From IMG/VR virus record IMGVR_UViG_3300014204_000175, positions 6,784 to 70,783 of that record: a DNA stretch of 64,000 bases; one strand, given 5' to 3'. Source of the DNA: a virus. Lineage: Duplodnaviria > Caudoviricetes. The position numbers and the translations under genes are program-made. Position 1 is the first letter of the stretch. The number at the start of each line of letters is the position of its first letter. The notes under the pieces were generated by a model. It saw nothing but the letters and a program-made list of their open reading frames with translations. It searched no databases and was not told where the DNA came from. This document shows positions 55,775 through 63,913 of this stretch, piece after piece.

Positions 55775-55969
55775 TCATAAAATCCCCTCTGAGAAATTGA
55801 ATATCTTTCTTTTCAAAGATCGAAGATCATTTAATTCATGCTCCCAAATAACAAGGGTCTCAAATCCAAATGGTTTAAATATATCAATTCGATCTTGCGG
55901 ATTATCGCCTTTGTGATAGTAATCGCCAAAAAATTCGATGATCTTCTTTTGACCATTTATTACGAAATC
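55775..55969 (-). pseudogene. 5'-truncated Vsr/DUF559-type endonuclease remnant
   Basis: Manual translation DFVINGQKKIIEFFGDYYHKGDNPQDRIDIFKPFGFETLVIWEHELND...; no in-frame start codon before the upstream stop. Confidence 0.7.
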
Positions 55970-57360
55970 CAGCCGTTTTTTGCGTATATTGAAATTCTTT
56001 GTATGGTATGTTGGGCCAAATAGTCATAAGGATCCAAAAAGTCCACGACCGTCAAATCTGTCTTCCCTTCCGTAGTTCTTAACCCCCTGCCAATGGCTTG
56101 CAGAGTCACGATTTCGCTCTTTCCCCCGCACGCATTGATAACGCAATCCAACGACTTGATATTGATTCCCTCGCGCCATACTACGGTTGCAATAACTGCC
56201 AGTGATTCTTTCCGTTCTAATCTACCTTTTATCCCCTCCCTCAAATCGCTCTGGGTGGCCCCCTTGACGATTTCAGTCTTAATCCCATAAACTTCCTTGG
56301 CGATTGTGGCAATCTGCTCTGCATGGCCATTTACAACATCCACAACCATCACCAGAACTGATTTGCCCTGTTTGTTTTGATCGTTGATCTCCTTGGCAAT
56401 TAGCCGGTTGCGCTGCTTGTTGTTTATAATGCCTTCTGAGTAAACATCTCGATATTTTCTCATCCCGGATATTTTTGGATTTATGGGCACAGGAATCAGC
56501 TTGACATGAGGCTTGGCAATGATGCCCTTTTCAATGCCTTCGTCAATGGTAAACTCGCCAATGATTGGGCCCAGCAATCCTTCGCAGACCAACCCTTTCT
56601 GGGATTTGGGATCCAGCGGTGTTGCCGTCAAGCCAATGCGAACTGGCGCCAGACAATGCTTTAAGAGCATTGCATATTGGCCATCTGCTTCTCCAGCGTG
56701 GTGGACTTCGTCACAAATAACAACATCGCAGTCGGCAAGCAAATCCATAAATGCTGGCGTTTCTGGCCGCTTGCTATCCTTTTTCAATAGCGACCTGGCT
56801 GTCTGAGCCATGACAACATTAATCCTGGAAATCTTAAATTCCTCATCCCCGATTATGCCAACAGGCCCAAACCACAATTCAAACTCCTGAATGGTTTGAC
56901 GGAACAAGGATGCAGTATGAACAACGAAAACGGCCTTGGATTTGGGGAGCATTGAAATGACGGCTCCTGCCAAAACGGTTTTCCCAGATCCAGTCGGAGA
57001 TTTGACAATGCCCCTTATATACTTGCGAATAAGTGTCAATAGATCATACTGGTCGTCACGAAAAACTATTCCAGGCAAGGACGGCTTCGTCATTTTAACT
57101 AGCTCAAAGAATGACGGAGCAAGAGCAATATCCACTCCCGCTCGTTGGCAAAATTCCAGCACCCTTGGGATAAAGCCAGTCATAAATGTGCCGTGTTCCC
57201 GGCGCTTGTCCTGATTGCAAAGATAAGACGGTGTGTCTTTTTTACTGCGGCAATATGGCCCTTGTTTCCAGTAAGTGCTTGTATATTTCAGGCATTCTTT
57301 AACCTGATGAATATTGGAGCACTCGCTTAGAAATGGATCCAAAACTTTAATTGTTATCAT
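55960..57360 (-). CDS. Superfamily 2 DEAD/DEAH-box helicase (UvsW / T5 D10-like)
   Basis: SPTGSGKT, DEVHH, GLTATP and QAIGRGLR. Confidence 0.92.
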   Translation of the reverse strand: MITIKVLDPFLSECSNIHQVKECLKYTSTYWKQGPYCRSKKDTPSYLCNQDKRREHGTFMTGFIPRVLEFCQRAGVDIALAPSFFELVKMTKPSLPGIVFRDDQYDLLTLIRKYIRGIVKSPTGSGKTVLAGAVISMLPKSKAVFVVHTASLFRQTIQEFELWFGPVGIIGDEEFKISRINVVMAQTARSLLKKDSKRPETPAFMDLLADCDVVICDEVHHAGEADGQYAMLLKHCLAPVRIGLTATPLDPKSQKGLVCEGLLGPIIGEFTIDEGIEKGIIAKPHVKLIPVPINPKISGMRKYRDVYSEGIINNKQRNRLIAKEINDQNKQGKSVLVMVVDVVNGHAEQIATIAKEVYGIKTEIVKGATQSDLREGIKGRLERKESLAVIATVVWREGINIKSLDCVINACGGKSEIVTLQAIGRGLRTTEGKTDLTVVDFLDPYDYLAQHTIQRISIYAKNGWIS

Positions 57361-57378
57361 TTTGGCCTCTTGATTAAA

Positions 57379-57439
57379 TGGCAGGATGGCAGGAATTGAA
57401 CCTGCTGAATCTTGGCCCCTACCAATAGCCTACACCCGA
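57379..57439 (-). ncRNA. tRNA-like element lacking an anticodon arm (pseudo-tRNA, minihelix or att core)
   Basis: Minus strand TCGGGTG-TA-GGCTATTGGTAGGGGCCAAGATTCA-GCAGG-TTCAATT-CCTGC-CATCCTG-CCA: intact T-arm, pairable acceptor stem, CCA end, only 61 nt. Confidence 0.6.
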
Positions 57440-57447
57440 ATAATATG

Positions 57448-57831
57448 TCACTCAAATGATTGAACGTATTCCTGGATCTCTGCCACGACTTTCTTGGCAT
57501 AACGAACATCCTTCCATTGATGGGCCAATTTGGATATCAACCGTTGCTGTATATTGGCGCCTTTGGCCAACCTCCCTTTTGGGGTGAATAGTATGGAAGC
57601 CATTTCTTGCGGAGCATTCAGAATGATGTCAATAATCTGCCTGGCCTCATCACTCATGCTGGAATATATTGATTCTTTTTCTTGATACCGCTCTTTTTCC
57701 ACCAAAAAATCCTCTGGCGTACTGGTAGAAATCAATTCAGTTCCCAATGCCGGGTCGTCAAATGGAATATAACTGTTAATATCTGCTGCTGCTATTGCCG
57801 CCTGCAACCTGACCTGATTAATCCCGGACAT
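57448..57831 (-). CDS. Hypothetical protein (resembles the C-terminal part of phage sigma-like factors)
   Basis: SDEARQIIDIILNAP...W......EI pattern; weak. Confidence 0.45.
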   Translation of the reverse strand: MSGINQVRLQAAIAAADINSYIPFDDPALGTELISTSTPEDFLVEKERYQEKESIYSSMSDEARQIIDIILNAPQEMASILFTPKGRLAKGANIQQRLISKLAHQWKDVRYAKKVVAEIQEYVQSFE

Positions 57832-57833
57832 CT

Positions 57834-58139
57834 TTATGCCTCCTTATTTCTTAATGATACAAATCCATATAGCATTTCGCCCTGGCCGCATTTATGGCAC
57901 CCTTCTTTTTGCTTATTCTGCCTGGCAATACAAACGACCAAATCCATCTGGCAACTGTCTGAATCGCAATAGAAACGCGGATGCATCTCAAATTGTTCGC
58001 AAGACTTATCGTCTCGATTGACAACTTTTTTTGTAGCCGGACAAAAATGCCCTTCGTCTCCAAATCGGTCCTTGGAGATTACGAATAGTTCGCAATATCT
58101 ACACCTCATCTTTGGTGTTGTCTCCCTTGTTATTTTCAT
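57834..58139 (-). CDS. Cys-rich hypothetical protein
   Basis: Eight Cys residues including two CxxC pairs. Confidence 0.6.
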   Translation of the reverse strand: MKITRETTPKMRCRYCELFVISKDRFGDEGHFCPATKKVVNRDDKSCEQFEMHPRFYCDSDSCQMDLVVCIARQNKQKEGCHKCGQGEMLYGFVSLRNKEA

Positions 58140-58296
58140 CCCGGGTCTCCCTTGCAGTTATGCGTTTGGCCGCTTTCTCAAGAATCTCAGAAACCAAACG
58201 GGTTGTTTTTATCCCTTTTTTCTTTGCTTCCTCGACCAGCGTTTGTTGGGCATTTGGGTCTATGTATGACCCCTGAACAATTTTCCTTTCCTTCAT
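58099..58296 (-). CDS. Small DNA-binding protein, ribbon-helix-helix-like
   Basis: Beta-alpha-alpha pattern (IVQGSYID...LVEEAKKKG...LVSEILE); strong RBS. Confidence 0.5.
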   Translation of the reverse strand: MKERKIVQGSYIDPNAQQTLVEEAKKKGIKTTRLVSEILEKAAKRITARETRDENNKGDNTKDEV

Positions 58297-58359
58297 TTTA
58301 TCCCTCCCTTTCTTGAAAATTACTTTTAAATATTTTTTTTAAAAAAGTAAAGGATTTTT

Positions 58360-59142
58360 TTAAAAAATAAATGCTCTTCTCATAGCACCTTCAATCGCCG
58401 CTCGTTTTAAGTGACTATTGACGCTATGGGTAACGTACTGACAAACGATATTGAAAAACATCCAGACGGACAATGTTTTGAGTTTCATGGCATCCATTGT
58501 TATCCCGGATGAAATTTCCACTTCCTTCCCAATGGCCTCGACATCCTTGTTGGATAGCGGCAAGGCGGAAATAACTTTGTCGTATTGATCGGGCATGGTT
58601 ATTTTATTGACCCAACTTTCCCAAATTCGTTGTTGGTCCGAGAAGCGTTCCATTGCCATGATTAACGTATCTTTTACATCTTCCTGTCTGAAGGATGTGT
58701 CATGGCGAGTACGATAAGAAAATGCCCTTTCTCCTATTGTGAGGCCATTAGTGCAAACCAGTCGATATGCTCCAAAGAAAATCTTTCGGGACCAGCCACT
58801 GTCATAACTATTAAACACTTCTATCTGGGGGTGAAGGACGTCGTGCTGGTTTACCTTTGCGACGACATCTTTGAAAATATAAGTGGCCCTCATCTTTGAC
58901 CCGTCATCGTACAATTTTATTTCTTCTGTTGGCTCCCCGAACTCTGGCATGCCTTTGATAACATCTTGGATGGTTTCAATCATTTGTTCATGTGGGGTCA
59001 AAACGTAGTCGGCGCTGACAACCCCAAATACCTTACCAGTTCCCGGGTTCACAATGGCTTTGTGTCCATCTATTATTGAGTCTGGCCTATTCAATCTGGT
59101 CAAATAAATCGGCTGCTGTTTAACTGGCGGAAAATTTATCAT
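58360..59142 (-). CDS. DUF932 domain protein
   Basis: FGVVSADY.L..H, NSYDSG...GAYRLVCTNGL..G and RTRH. Confidence 0.88.
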   Translation of the reverse strand: MINFPPVKQQPIYLTRLNRPDSIIDGHKAIVNPGTGKVFGVVSADYVLTPHEQMIETIQDVIKGMPEFGEPTEEIKLYDDGSKMRATYIFKDVVAKVNQHDVLHPQIEVFNSYDSGWSRKIFFGAYRLVCTNGLTIGERAFSYRTRHDTSFRQEDVKDTLIMAMERFSDQQRIWESWVNKITMPDQYDKVISALPLSNKDVEAIGKEVEISSGITMDAMKLKTLSVWMFFNIVCQYVTHSVNSHLKRAAIEGAMRRAFIF

Positions 59143-59145
59143 GGT

Positions 59146-59265
59146 TCATTCCTCCTTCATCTTTTGATATTCTTTGTAAAAACCAATGCCGGTTACGACT
59201 CCGATAGCATAGACAGCCATCAATATTATCGCAAACAAGAAACACTCTGCTCCATTCATCTTCAT
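59146..59265 (-). CDS. Single-TM peptide (39 aa)
   Basis: Not in the ORF track. MKMNGAECFLFAIILMAVYAIGVVTGIGFYKEYQKMKEE; ATGA overlap. Confidence 0.55.
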   Translation of the reverse strand: MKMNGAECFLFAIILMAVYAIGVVTGIGFYKEYQKMKEE

Positions 59266-59720
59266 GCTCCTTTCACAATTTGCTTGATTTTTTCTATTGC
59301 CGAGCCGTATCCTTGCGCCCAGGCAAATGCTTCGGCATTATCGTACTCGGTCGGAGCGTCATCAAAATTCGGCATTTCGCCATTTAGTTTTGCATTAAGC
59401 GTCGCAAAGATTGCCTCTTTTGTCTTCAACTTGCTTTTGCACTCTGAAATAGCATCGATCAAATCTACTAGCAAATTATCAATCGGACAGGATTTGACCG
59501 GGTTCATTTCGATGACTTGAGCCGGAACACGATTCTTGGCGACCGTCTTTTCTTTTGGGTGAACCTTACAAAATGACTGGCAAATGGTTTTATCTGATGC
59601 TCTCGAATCCGGAAATACCAGTCTGAAACCAGATAGCATTTTTGCCTTAAACATCGGGTCCCATTTCCATCCTCTTAAACCAACTGTTGGGTACGCTTTC
59701 AAAAAATCTTCTTGTTTCAT
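59262..59720 (-). CDS. Hypothetical early protein
   Basis: Start moved to MKQEDFL (AAGGAG RBS). Confidence 0.6.
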   Translation of the reverse strand: MKQEDFLKAYPTVGLRGWKWDPMFKAKMLSGFRLVFPDSRASDKTICQSFCKVHPKEKTVAKNRVPAQVIEMNPVKSCPIDNLLVDLIDAISECKSKLKTKEAIFATLNAKLNGEMPNFDDAPTEYDNAEAFAWAQGYGSAIEKIKQIVKGA

Positions 59721-59745
59721 GAACGATTCTCCTTTTTTTGATTCG

Positions 59746-60036
59746 TTAGCAGTGAGGATACATTCCGTTAACATGCATCCACCGAGGCGAGGTTCTGGCC
59801 TCGCATTCCTTGAAAAATTCCTTGATATTCAAACCGGTAATTGCCTTGATATGGCGCCTAACCCTCCTCCAGCTACACAAGTAGGACCGAGTAATCAAAC
59901 TATGGCATTCCGAAGGAGCGTACATTGCGTCTACTTCGTAATGGGCCTCTGCAACAGTTTCGTTGTAGCGCATCACCAATCCCAGCGCTTTTCCTATGTT
60001 GTTGCCACGGAAGCTTCTTCGTTGTAAATTTTTCAT
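59746..60036 (-). CDS. Hypothetical early protein
   Basis: Start moved to MKNLQRR (AGGAGG RBS). Confidence 0.6.
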   Translation of the reverse strand: MKNLQRRSFRGNNIGKALGLVMRYNETVAEAHYEVDAMYAPSECHSLITRSYLCSWRRVRRHIKAITGLNIKEFFKECEARTSPRWMHVNGMYPHC

Positions 60037-60061
60037 GGTAGTCCTCCTGAATCTCTGTTGG

Positions 60062-60343
60062 TTAGTACATTCTCGGGAATTCAACACTTTCGAGAGACGA
60101 AATCGCATTCTCGAGAGCATCGACGACTTCCTGTAGCGAATCTTTTAACTCTTCGACTGTCTCTTCTTCGACGAAAGAGAAGAAAATGTTACTTAACTCG
60201 TCAGATCCGCTTTCGAGATTATGAACGGCCTCCTCTAGCTGGTTGTATTTATCGCTACTTTCGAGGTTAGTGCCTTCGAGGCCGTTTTTCCAATTCTCGA
60301 TCTCTTCCTTCAGAGAGTCGATCTCCGAATAATCAATCTCCAT
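60062..60343 (-). CDS. Acidic helical hypothetical protein
   Basis: 93 aa, very Glu/Asp-rich. Confidence 0.6.
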   Translation of the reverse strand: MEIDYSEIDSLKEEIENWKNGLEGTNLESSDKYNQLEEAVHNLESGSDELSNIFFSFVEEETVEELKDSLQEVVDALENAISSLESVEFPRMY

Positions 60344-60428
60344 AGTCAGATTCGCCGCTATTGAGAAAAGCTCTTTTTTGTTCTCCTTGTCTTCGTCCGT
60401 CCACTCTTTCTCTTCCTCCTTGACTACA

Positions 60429-60475
60429 ATTATACTACTTTTTTTTATAAGGTAAAGTATTTTTTTTAAAAACTT
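60429..60475 (-). promoter_or_regulatory. Strong early promoter (TTTACC-16-TATAAT) with an A/T-tract UP element
   Basis: First promoter after the late-operon terminator; followed by AAGGAGG. Confidence 0.6.
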
Positions 60476-60612
60476 TTTAAAAACTTTATTCGTGTAACAA
60501 AAACAACGACTTATGAGGATAACTTTTTTAAGATTTTTTAAAAACTTTTTAAAGAAAGTGAGGAAAAACGAGGGAGGCTACCAAGATGCTGTATTAGATG
60601 GGTTTATAGAAT

Positions 60613-60652
60613 AAAAAACCTTCTGAGAGAAAAGGAGTAAACTCTCAGAAGG
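60613..60652 (-). terminator. Rho-independent terminator ending the late operon
   Basis: CCTTCTGAGAG/CTCTCAGAAGG stem with a 6-nt U-tract on the minus strand. Confidence 0.8.
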
Positions 60653-60693
60653 CCAGAAACCAGGTACGGCCAAATACCTGGGGAATTGCACTA

Positions 60694-61380
60694 TTACGAA
60701 GGTTGTTGGCAATAATTCACGGTCACTCTTCCTTTATCAACTCCGCCAGCCAATGTAGTGGCGGTATTGCCGATAGATAGGTGGGCAGATGTCTCTGCGA
60801 TAGCGACATCGTTGCCTGCTGTCTCATTGTCGTCTGCCCAAATAATGATCCTTGTTGCGGATATTGTCGATGCCGACGCGTCGGCATTTGCTGTGGCACA
60901 ATTATAGTCCGTAGTCGCATTGGTCGTATGATTAATTGCTGCGCCAAGATGAATCAAGCTGGTTGCTGCTGATGCGCCAATAATCACATCTCCTGATGAA
61001 GCAAGGCTTGCCGTCCTAAATTTGTATATGACCGAGCCGACCGTTACTGTATCTCCAGACGCAAGGTTGACACCATCGGATATAAACGATCCCGTTGCCC
61101 TTGTCCCTGAATTGTAGGTTGTGATATTGGCTCTGACCATTTCAACTAATTTATCATTACCTCGAATGATTTTGCCTCCAGCAGTAAAATCTGCCGTCAC
61201 AAAATCTCGGGTGGCCAGAGTTTCCCAAATAATGCCAGATATACTCCCTTCCAACGAAATGGATAATGTGGCATATGTTCCTGCTGCAACAACTTCCAAG
61301 GTATGATTTGATTTTGGCGCCTCCAACTTTATCGCCGCCCCTGCTCCTGCTGCAATTACTGCATCCAACAACGTCTTCAT
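60694..61380 (-). CDS. Probable virion structural / decoration protein
   Basis: Ala/Gly/Thr-rich beta protein with GDTVTVG..IYKF...DVIIG..AA.S..HL.AAIN pattern. Confidence 0.55.
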   Translation of the reverse strand: MKTLLDAVIAAGAGAAIKLEAPKSNHTLEVVAAGTYATLSISLEGSISGIIWETLATRDFVTADFTAGGKIIRGNDKLVEMVRANITTYNSGTRATGSFISDGVNLASGDTVTVGSVIYKFRTASLASSGDVIIGASAATSLIHLGAAINHTTNATTDYNCATANADASASTISATRIIIWADDNETAGNDVAIAETSAHLSIGNTATTLAGGVDKGRVTVNYCQQPS

Positions 61381-61649
61381 TTTTGATCCTCCTTAATTTT
61401 ATTGCCCGGTTTCAATCCATCCTTAAAGCACTCGACAGTTGCTTCCAGCTCCTTACTATATTCGATGATCAAATTCAGATTTTTGAAAAATACCTTCCGA
61501 TCATATTCCTTTGCCGCCTGGAGCTCAGGCCTGTCGGGAGCTTTGCAATCTATATGGGTAGGAGGAGTAATGATTACACTTTCTTTTGAGCAACCACTAC
61601 TTGCCAGAATTCCAATTCCCAACAAGATCATTATGCAAATCTGTCTCAT
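61377..61649 (-). CDS. Outer-membrane spanin (Rz1-like lipoprotein)
   Basis: Signal peptide with lipobox LASSGC and Pro-rich segment; overlaps the Rz-like gene. Confidence 0.75.
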   Translation of the reverse strand: MRQICIMILLGIGILASSGCSKESVIITPPTHIDCKAPDRPELQAAKEYDRKVFFKNLNLIIEYSKELEATVECFKDGLKPGNKIKEDQK

Positions 61650-61959
61650 CCTTTGGCCCTCCCATCTTATCTATTTTTTCATTGATCTTGGCTGTCTCTT
61701 TTTTGATGGAAAATAGCTTGCCAATATAGGTATTGCAGGCTTCATTGGCGCTTTGCAATTGATCTCGTTGAGCGGTCAAATTCTTATTGTTGATCGTCAA
61801 GGTTGCATTTTCAACCTTCATTGCGCTTATCTGCTGGTCCTTATCTGCCGCCTGCCATTTCTGCCCCACGGCATATGATCCTATGATGATTAATAGGAGC
61901 AATAACCCGGCAATAATCCAATTCTTATAGTCACTCAGGAACCACGTCATCATCTTCAT
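61597..61959 (-). CDS. Inner-membrane spanin (Rz-like)
   Basis: N-terminal TM segment followed by a coiled coil. Confidence 0.75.
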   Translation of the reverse strand: MKMMTWFLSDYKNWIIAGLLLLLIIIGSYAVGQKWQAADKDQQISAMKVENATLTINNKNLTAQRDQLQSANEACNTYIGKLFSIKKETAKINEKIDKMGGPKDETDLHNDLVGNWNSGK

Positions 61960-62012
61960 CCTCCTTTTCTACTCCGTTACATGATGTTTCAAAATGAAGC
62001 TTCTTTTCTATC

Positions 62013-62243
62013 TCATCCCACCATTCGTAATTGTCTTGGTTCTCCATAACTTTTCATCCTTAATTGAGGAAAAATTAATGTAGCTTTCCAAAGTACGTTC
62101 CAGCAATACATCTGGGCAATCGGAATTGCCATCAAATGAGCGCATATCCGAATACAAGTATAAGCGCCATGGACAATAAACTCAGGTTGCCCTGATCCAG
62201 ACAACTTAGGATTTAGAGAGGTAACGTAGCCAAGTCGCATCAA
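62013..62243 (-). CDS. Hypothetical protein
   Basis: 76 aa with ATGA overlap; coding status uncertain. Confidence 0.35.
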   Translation of the reverse strand: MMRLGYVTSLNPKLSGSGQPEFIVHGAYTCIRICAHLMAIPIAQMYCWNVLWKATLIFPQLRMKSYGEPRQLRMVG

Positions 62244-62515
62244 TCCACCTCGCGATCTTTTAAGGCGTCCTCAGCAGAAGTGCTTAAGCGATCTTCTCTC
62301 CTTCCCAGGGCATATACTGTTCCAGCCACTCCATTTGCAATGCCAAGAGCCATGCCTACCCCTGCCGGAATATCGACGATTGTCCCGGTCTTAATGCAAA
62401 CAGCTAACCAAGTTGGCCAGACAATCAGATTTGACAACATGGCGGTAAAGAACAGCTGAAACCTGGACAGTGACCATTCTTTATTGGCTGTAAGCAGCTT
62501 TTGTATGAAGCTCAT
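62240..62515 (-). CDS. Holin-like two-TM protein
   Basis: SLSRF motif, two hydrophobic helices and a charged C-terminus; follows the endolysin. Confidence 0.65.
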   Translation of the reverse strand: MSFIQKLLTANKEWSLSRFQLFFTAMLSNLIVWPTWLAVCIKTGTIVDIPAGVGMALGIANGVAGTVYALGRREDRLSTSAEDALKDREVD

Positions 62516-62961
62516 CGTATCATCTGGACATGGGGGATGTCCTGCTTTTCCCAACTGCCGCCCCATTCTAAGCCGCATTCTTCAGCGATCTTCCCGAATT
62601 CATCCCAGTCTGGAATGTCATCATCGTCATAATCAACCTTAGTATCATTGATGTATTGGCCATTCTTTTCTACGTAGTAGTCAACGGCGTCTCTACTGGT
62701 GTGTTTAGAGGTGTGTGTCCAGGTAACTGGGCGTTTGTTTTCACCAGCTTTAATTGGATATAATCCTGCATTTAATCTTGCCGCGTTGACTTTGTATAAT
62801 TCCTCTCTGCCCTGCATATACACACAGTCTTGCTCTACCTGTGAACGATACGTGCAACACCGTTTGAAATTGATCAATCCCTCTTCTTTAAGGCATTCTT
62901 CAAAATGCCGGATAACCGGCTGAACATCTGGGTTCAGATCCTCTATTTTTCTACTTGGCAT
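62512..62961 (-). CDS. Endolysin, M15 L-Ala-D-Glu peptidase
   Basis: SRKIEDLNP, YRSQVEQ..Y.QGR, SKH...AVD and GLEWGG.W...D.PHVQ. Confidence 0.92.
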   Translation of the reverse strand: MPSRKIEDLNPDVQPVIRHFEECLKEEGLINFKRCCTYRSQVEQDCVYMQGREELYKVNAARLNAGLYPIKAGENKRPVTWTHTSKHTSRDAVDYYVEKNGQYINDTKVDYDDDDIPDWDEFGKIAEECGLEWGGSWEKQDIPHVQMIR

Positions 62962-62973
62962 AATATTACCTCC

Positions 62974-63414
62974 TCACTTAGTTATGCACTTTAACAAAAC
63001 ATCCATAAACTTATTACTGGCTGAATGTAAGATCATCAACGCCCCTATGGATATTGCCAATATTCCTGCCAGTGTCCAAAACACATTATCCCGCACCCAG
63101 GTGACCCTTTTACGAAACCACGAAAACTCATCGATCTCGTCTACCCTGGCTTTTACGGCCTCTAGGCGTAAATTGTTTTCCTTGCTAACCTCGCTGGCTT
63201 CTAATATCCTTGCTGCATTCTCTCTCTCAAAAGTATCCAATTGAAAGGAAATCTTTCGGATACATGCCTTTATGTCCCCTAATGTGCCTGTATGCTCCGC
63301 AAGAATATCAAAAATTTTACTGCTTTCTTTTTCCAACTGCATGATCTTTGCTCCATGTTCTGCAACTGTTTTTATCTGCTCTTCATGGTGCTCACAATGT
63401 TCCAGATCCCCCAT
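62974..63414 (-). CDS. Coiled-coil protein with C-terminal TM (XhlA/holin-associated type)
   Basis: Start moved to MGDLEHC; located directly upstream of the endolysin. Confidence 0.55.
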   Translation of the reverse strand: MGDLEHCEHHEEQIKTVAEHGAKIMQLEKESSKIFDILAEHTGTLGDIKACIRKISFQLDTFERENAARILEASEVSKENNLRLEAVKARVDEIDEFSWFRKRVTWVRDNVFWTLAGILAISIGALMILHSASNKFMDVLLKCITK

Positions 63415-63442
63415 CTGCCACTCCCCTTCCTCAATTGTAGTA

Positions 63443-63913
63443 TTATGTGAGCCTGATGAAAGCCTCTTCCTTTGTGATGATGTCCTGAAGGCCATAGCCT
63501 TCTGGCTCTGGTGCCGAAAGCCACGTTGCATAGAGTTCTTTATGTCTGGCATAGTCTGCCTCCGGGGAATAGGATAGTTGGATATTGTAAGCCCTTACCT
63601 CGCTCCACAGCCGGTATCGCTTGCAGAGCCTATAGAATAAAGGTTGAACCACTATGCTCAAAGATGGAAGCACACAAAACTGAACCGGGAATCCGTAAAG
63701 CTGTGTGACATAGGCTATGACGGATAGAATCAGCATTGAGATAATGGAGATAATCCACCACTCCTTTACGTGGCCCTCAACTTCATGGAAAAGAAGTCCA
63801 ATGTCATTCTTGTACCCCTTCCGTATCCTCACGAAGCAGGCGTTGGCGGCTCCTGCTGATCCATCAGGTGGGGCGATGGGTAGTTTGATGTAGATCAATG
63901 TGTATTCCTCCAC
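63443..63913 (-). CDS. Putative zincin-like metallopeptidase domain protein
   Basis: LLFHEVEGHVKEWW...RLWSEVRAY.IQ (HExxH-like motif plus downstream E). Start uncertain. Confidence 0.5.
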   Translation of the reverse strand: MEEYTLIYIKLPIAPPDGSAGAANACFVRIRKGYKNDIGLLFHEVEGHVKEWWIISIISMLILSVIAYVTQLYGFPVQFCVLPSLSIVVQPLFYRLCKRYRLWSEVRAYNIQLSYSPEADYARHKELYATWLSAPEPEGYGLQDIITKEEAFIRLT

